In this document: positions 63,416 through 64,000 of the stretch, piece after piece
How the letters are laid out: each line of letters begins with the position of its first letter
Numbering within the stretch: the first letter of the stretch is position 1
Assembly (NCBI GenBank): GCA_965198225.1
Contig: CBDAOY010000005.1
Span: forward strand, 224,001 to 288,000
Length of the DNA: 64,000 nucleotides
Direction of reading: 5' to 3'
From: Terriglobia bacterium
Lineage (GTDB): Bacteria > Acidobacteriota > Terriglobia > 20CM-2-55-15
Translations under genes and position numbers: made by a program
Notes under the pieces: generated by a model
Database searches by the model: none
What the model saw: the letters and a program-made list of their open reading frames with translations, nothing else
Told to the model about the DNA's origin: nothing

Positions 63416-63952
63416 GTGGAGAAGGTCACACAAGAAATCGAGCTGGGTACGGTAGAAATCTCGAGGGAAGTCCGCAAGACCGTTCGAATACTCAACGGCC
63501 GGCCGGATCCGGATCTGGAGCAGGAGGCGTTTCTGGGCGTACTGCGAGCGTTTCGCCGGTCCGAGCCCGTGCGGCACCCACGGGCGCTCATCCGGAAGAT
63601 CACCCGGGACACCGTCATCGACCAGTGGCGCCTTCAACAGCGGCATCGATGGGACCCGATCGAATGCGTTCCGGACCGGTTCGTCACAGGTGGGTCCACG
63701 CAGGAAGCTGAACTGGAACGGGACCGAACGATCGAAACGCTGCGGGAAGCCATCCTGGGGTTGGGGTGTGAAATCCGCGGACCCGTCTATCTGTTCTACC
63801 TGGAGGGTTATTCGATCAAGACGATTGCCCGGATCTACGGCAAGTCGACCTCGGCCGTCAAGATGGCCCTCCACCGTGGGCGACGACGGGTCGCCGAAAT
63901 CATCCACGCGACCGCGACTATTAGTCGCGCAGATCAAGACATTAACGGCTGA
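63416..63952 (+). CDS. ECF sigma-70 factor
   Basis: Region 2-like DLEQEAFL...ITRDTVIDQWR; region 4-like YLEGYSIKTIA..YGKSTSAVKMALHRGR; GGAGG before GTG 63416. Confidence 0.78.
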   Translation: MEKVTQEIELGTVEISREVRKTVRILNGRPDPDLEQEAFLGVLRAFRRSEPVRHPRALIRKITRDTVIDQWRLQQRHRWDPIECVPDRFVTGGSTQEAELERDRTIETLREAILGLGCEIRGPVYLFYLEGYSIKTIARIYGKSTSAVKMALHRGRRRVAEIIHATATISRADQDING

Positions 63953-64000
63953 GAAAATCGCATGTCGCTGAATTCAATGGGTCATCGAATGGTACCCGAC

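Noticed and set aside
63395-63937. N-terminal 181 aa of the 518-aa activator ORF as a real sensory domain
   Set aside because: No recognisable domain, and the opposite strand encodes a convincing ECF sigma factor.

Overview
GC-rich bacterial chromosomal segment, most likely from an Acidobacteriota genome (inferred from gene order and protein features, not tested). It is mostly housekeeping. Minus-strand blocks: coaBC-rpoZ-gmk-yicC; lptC/A-lptB-rpoN-hpf-rapZ-PTS(EIIA, HPr, EI)-msbA-like; miaA-hfq-hflX; bamA-skp-fabZ-lpxA-lpxI; clpC; lolD and lolC/E; lysS-nusB-ribH; thiolase/hbd/crotonase. Also present: a form II coxSLMG cluster facing a BMC-shell plus acylating aldehyde dehydrogenase pair, uvrA, yitJ, wecB, and a sigma54 activator placed head-to-head with an ECF sigma factor. 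No rRNA, tRNA or CRISPR array was seen. The most notable non-genic signal is that most of the longer intergenic spacers are filled with several distinct families of short palindromic REP/REPIN-like repeats. One family brackets a GxxExxY (PD-(D/E)XK) nuclease gene, which is itself interrupted by an IS5 element at a CTAG site. This suggests a nuclease-associated REP-like system analogous to RAYT/REPIN. Other items: a 118-bp tandem array between hfq and hflX, a 179-bp MITE at CTAG, probable leaderless promoters, and single-base frameshifts (rapZ, hfq tail) that may be assembly errors.
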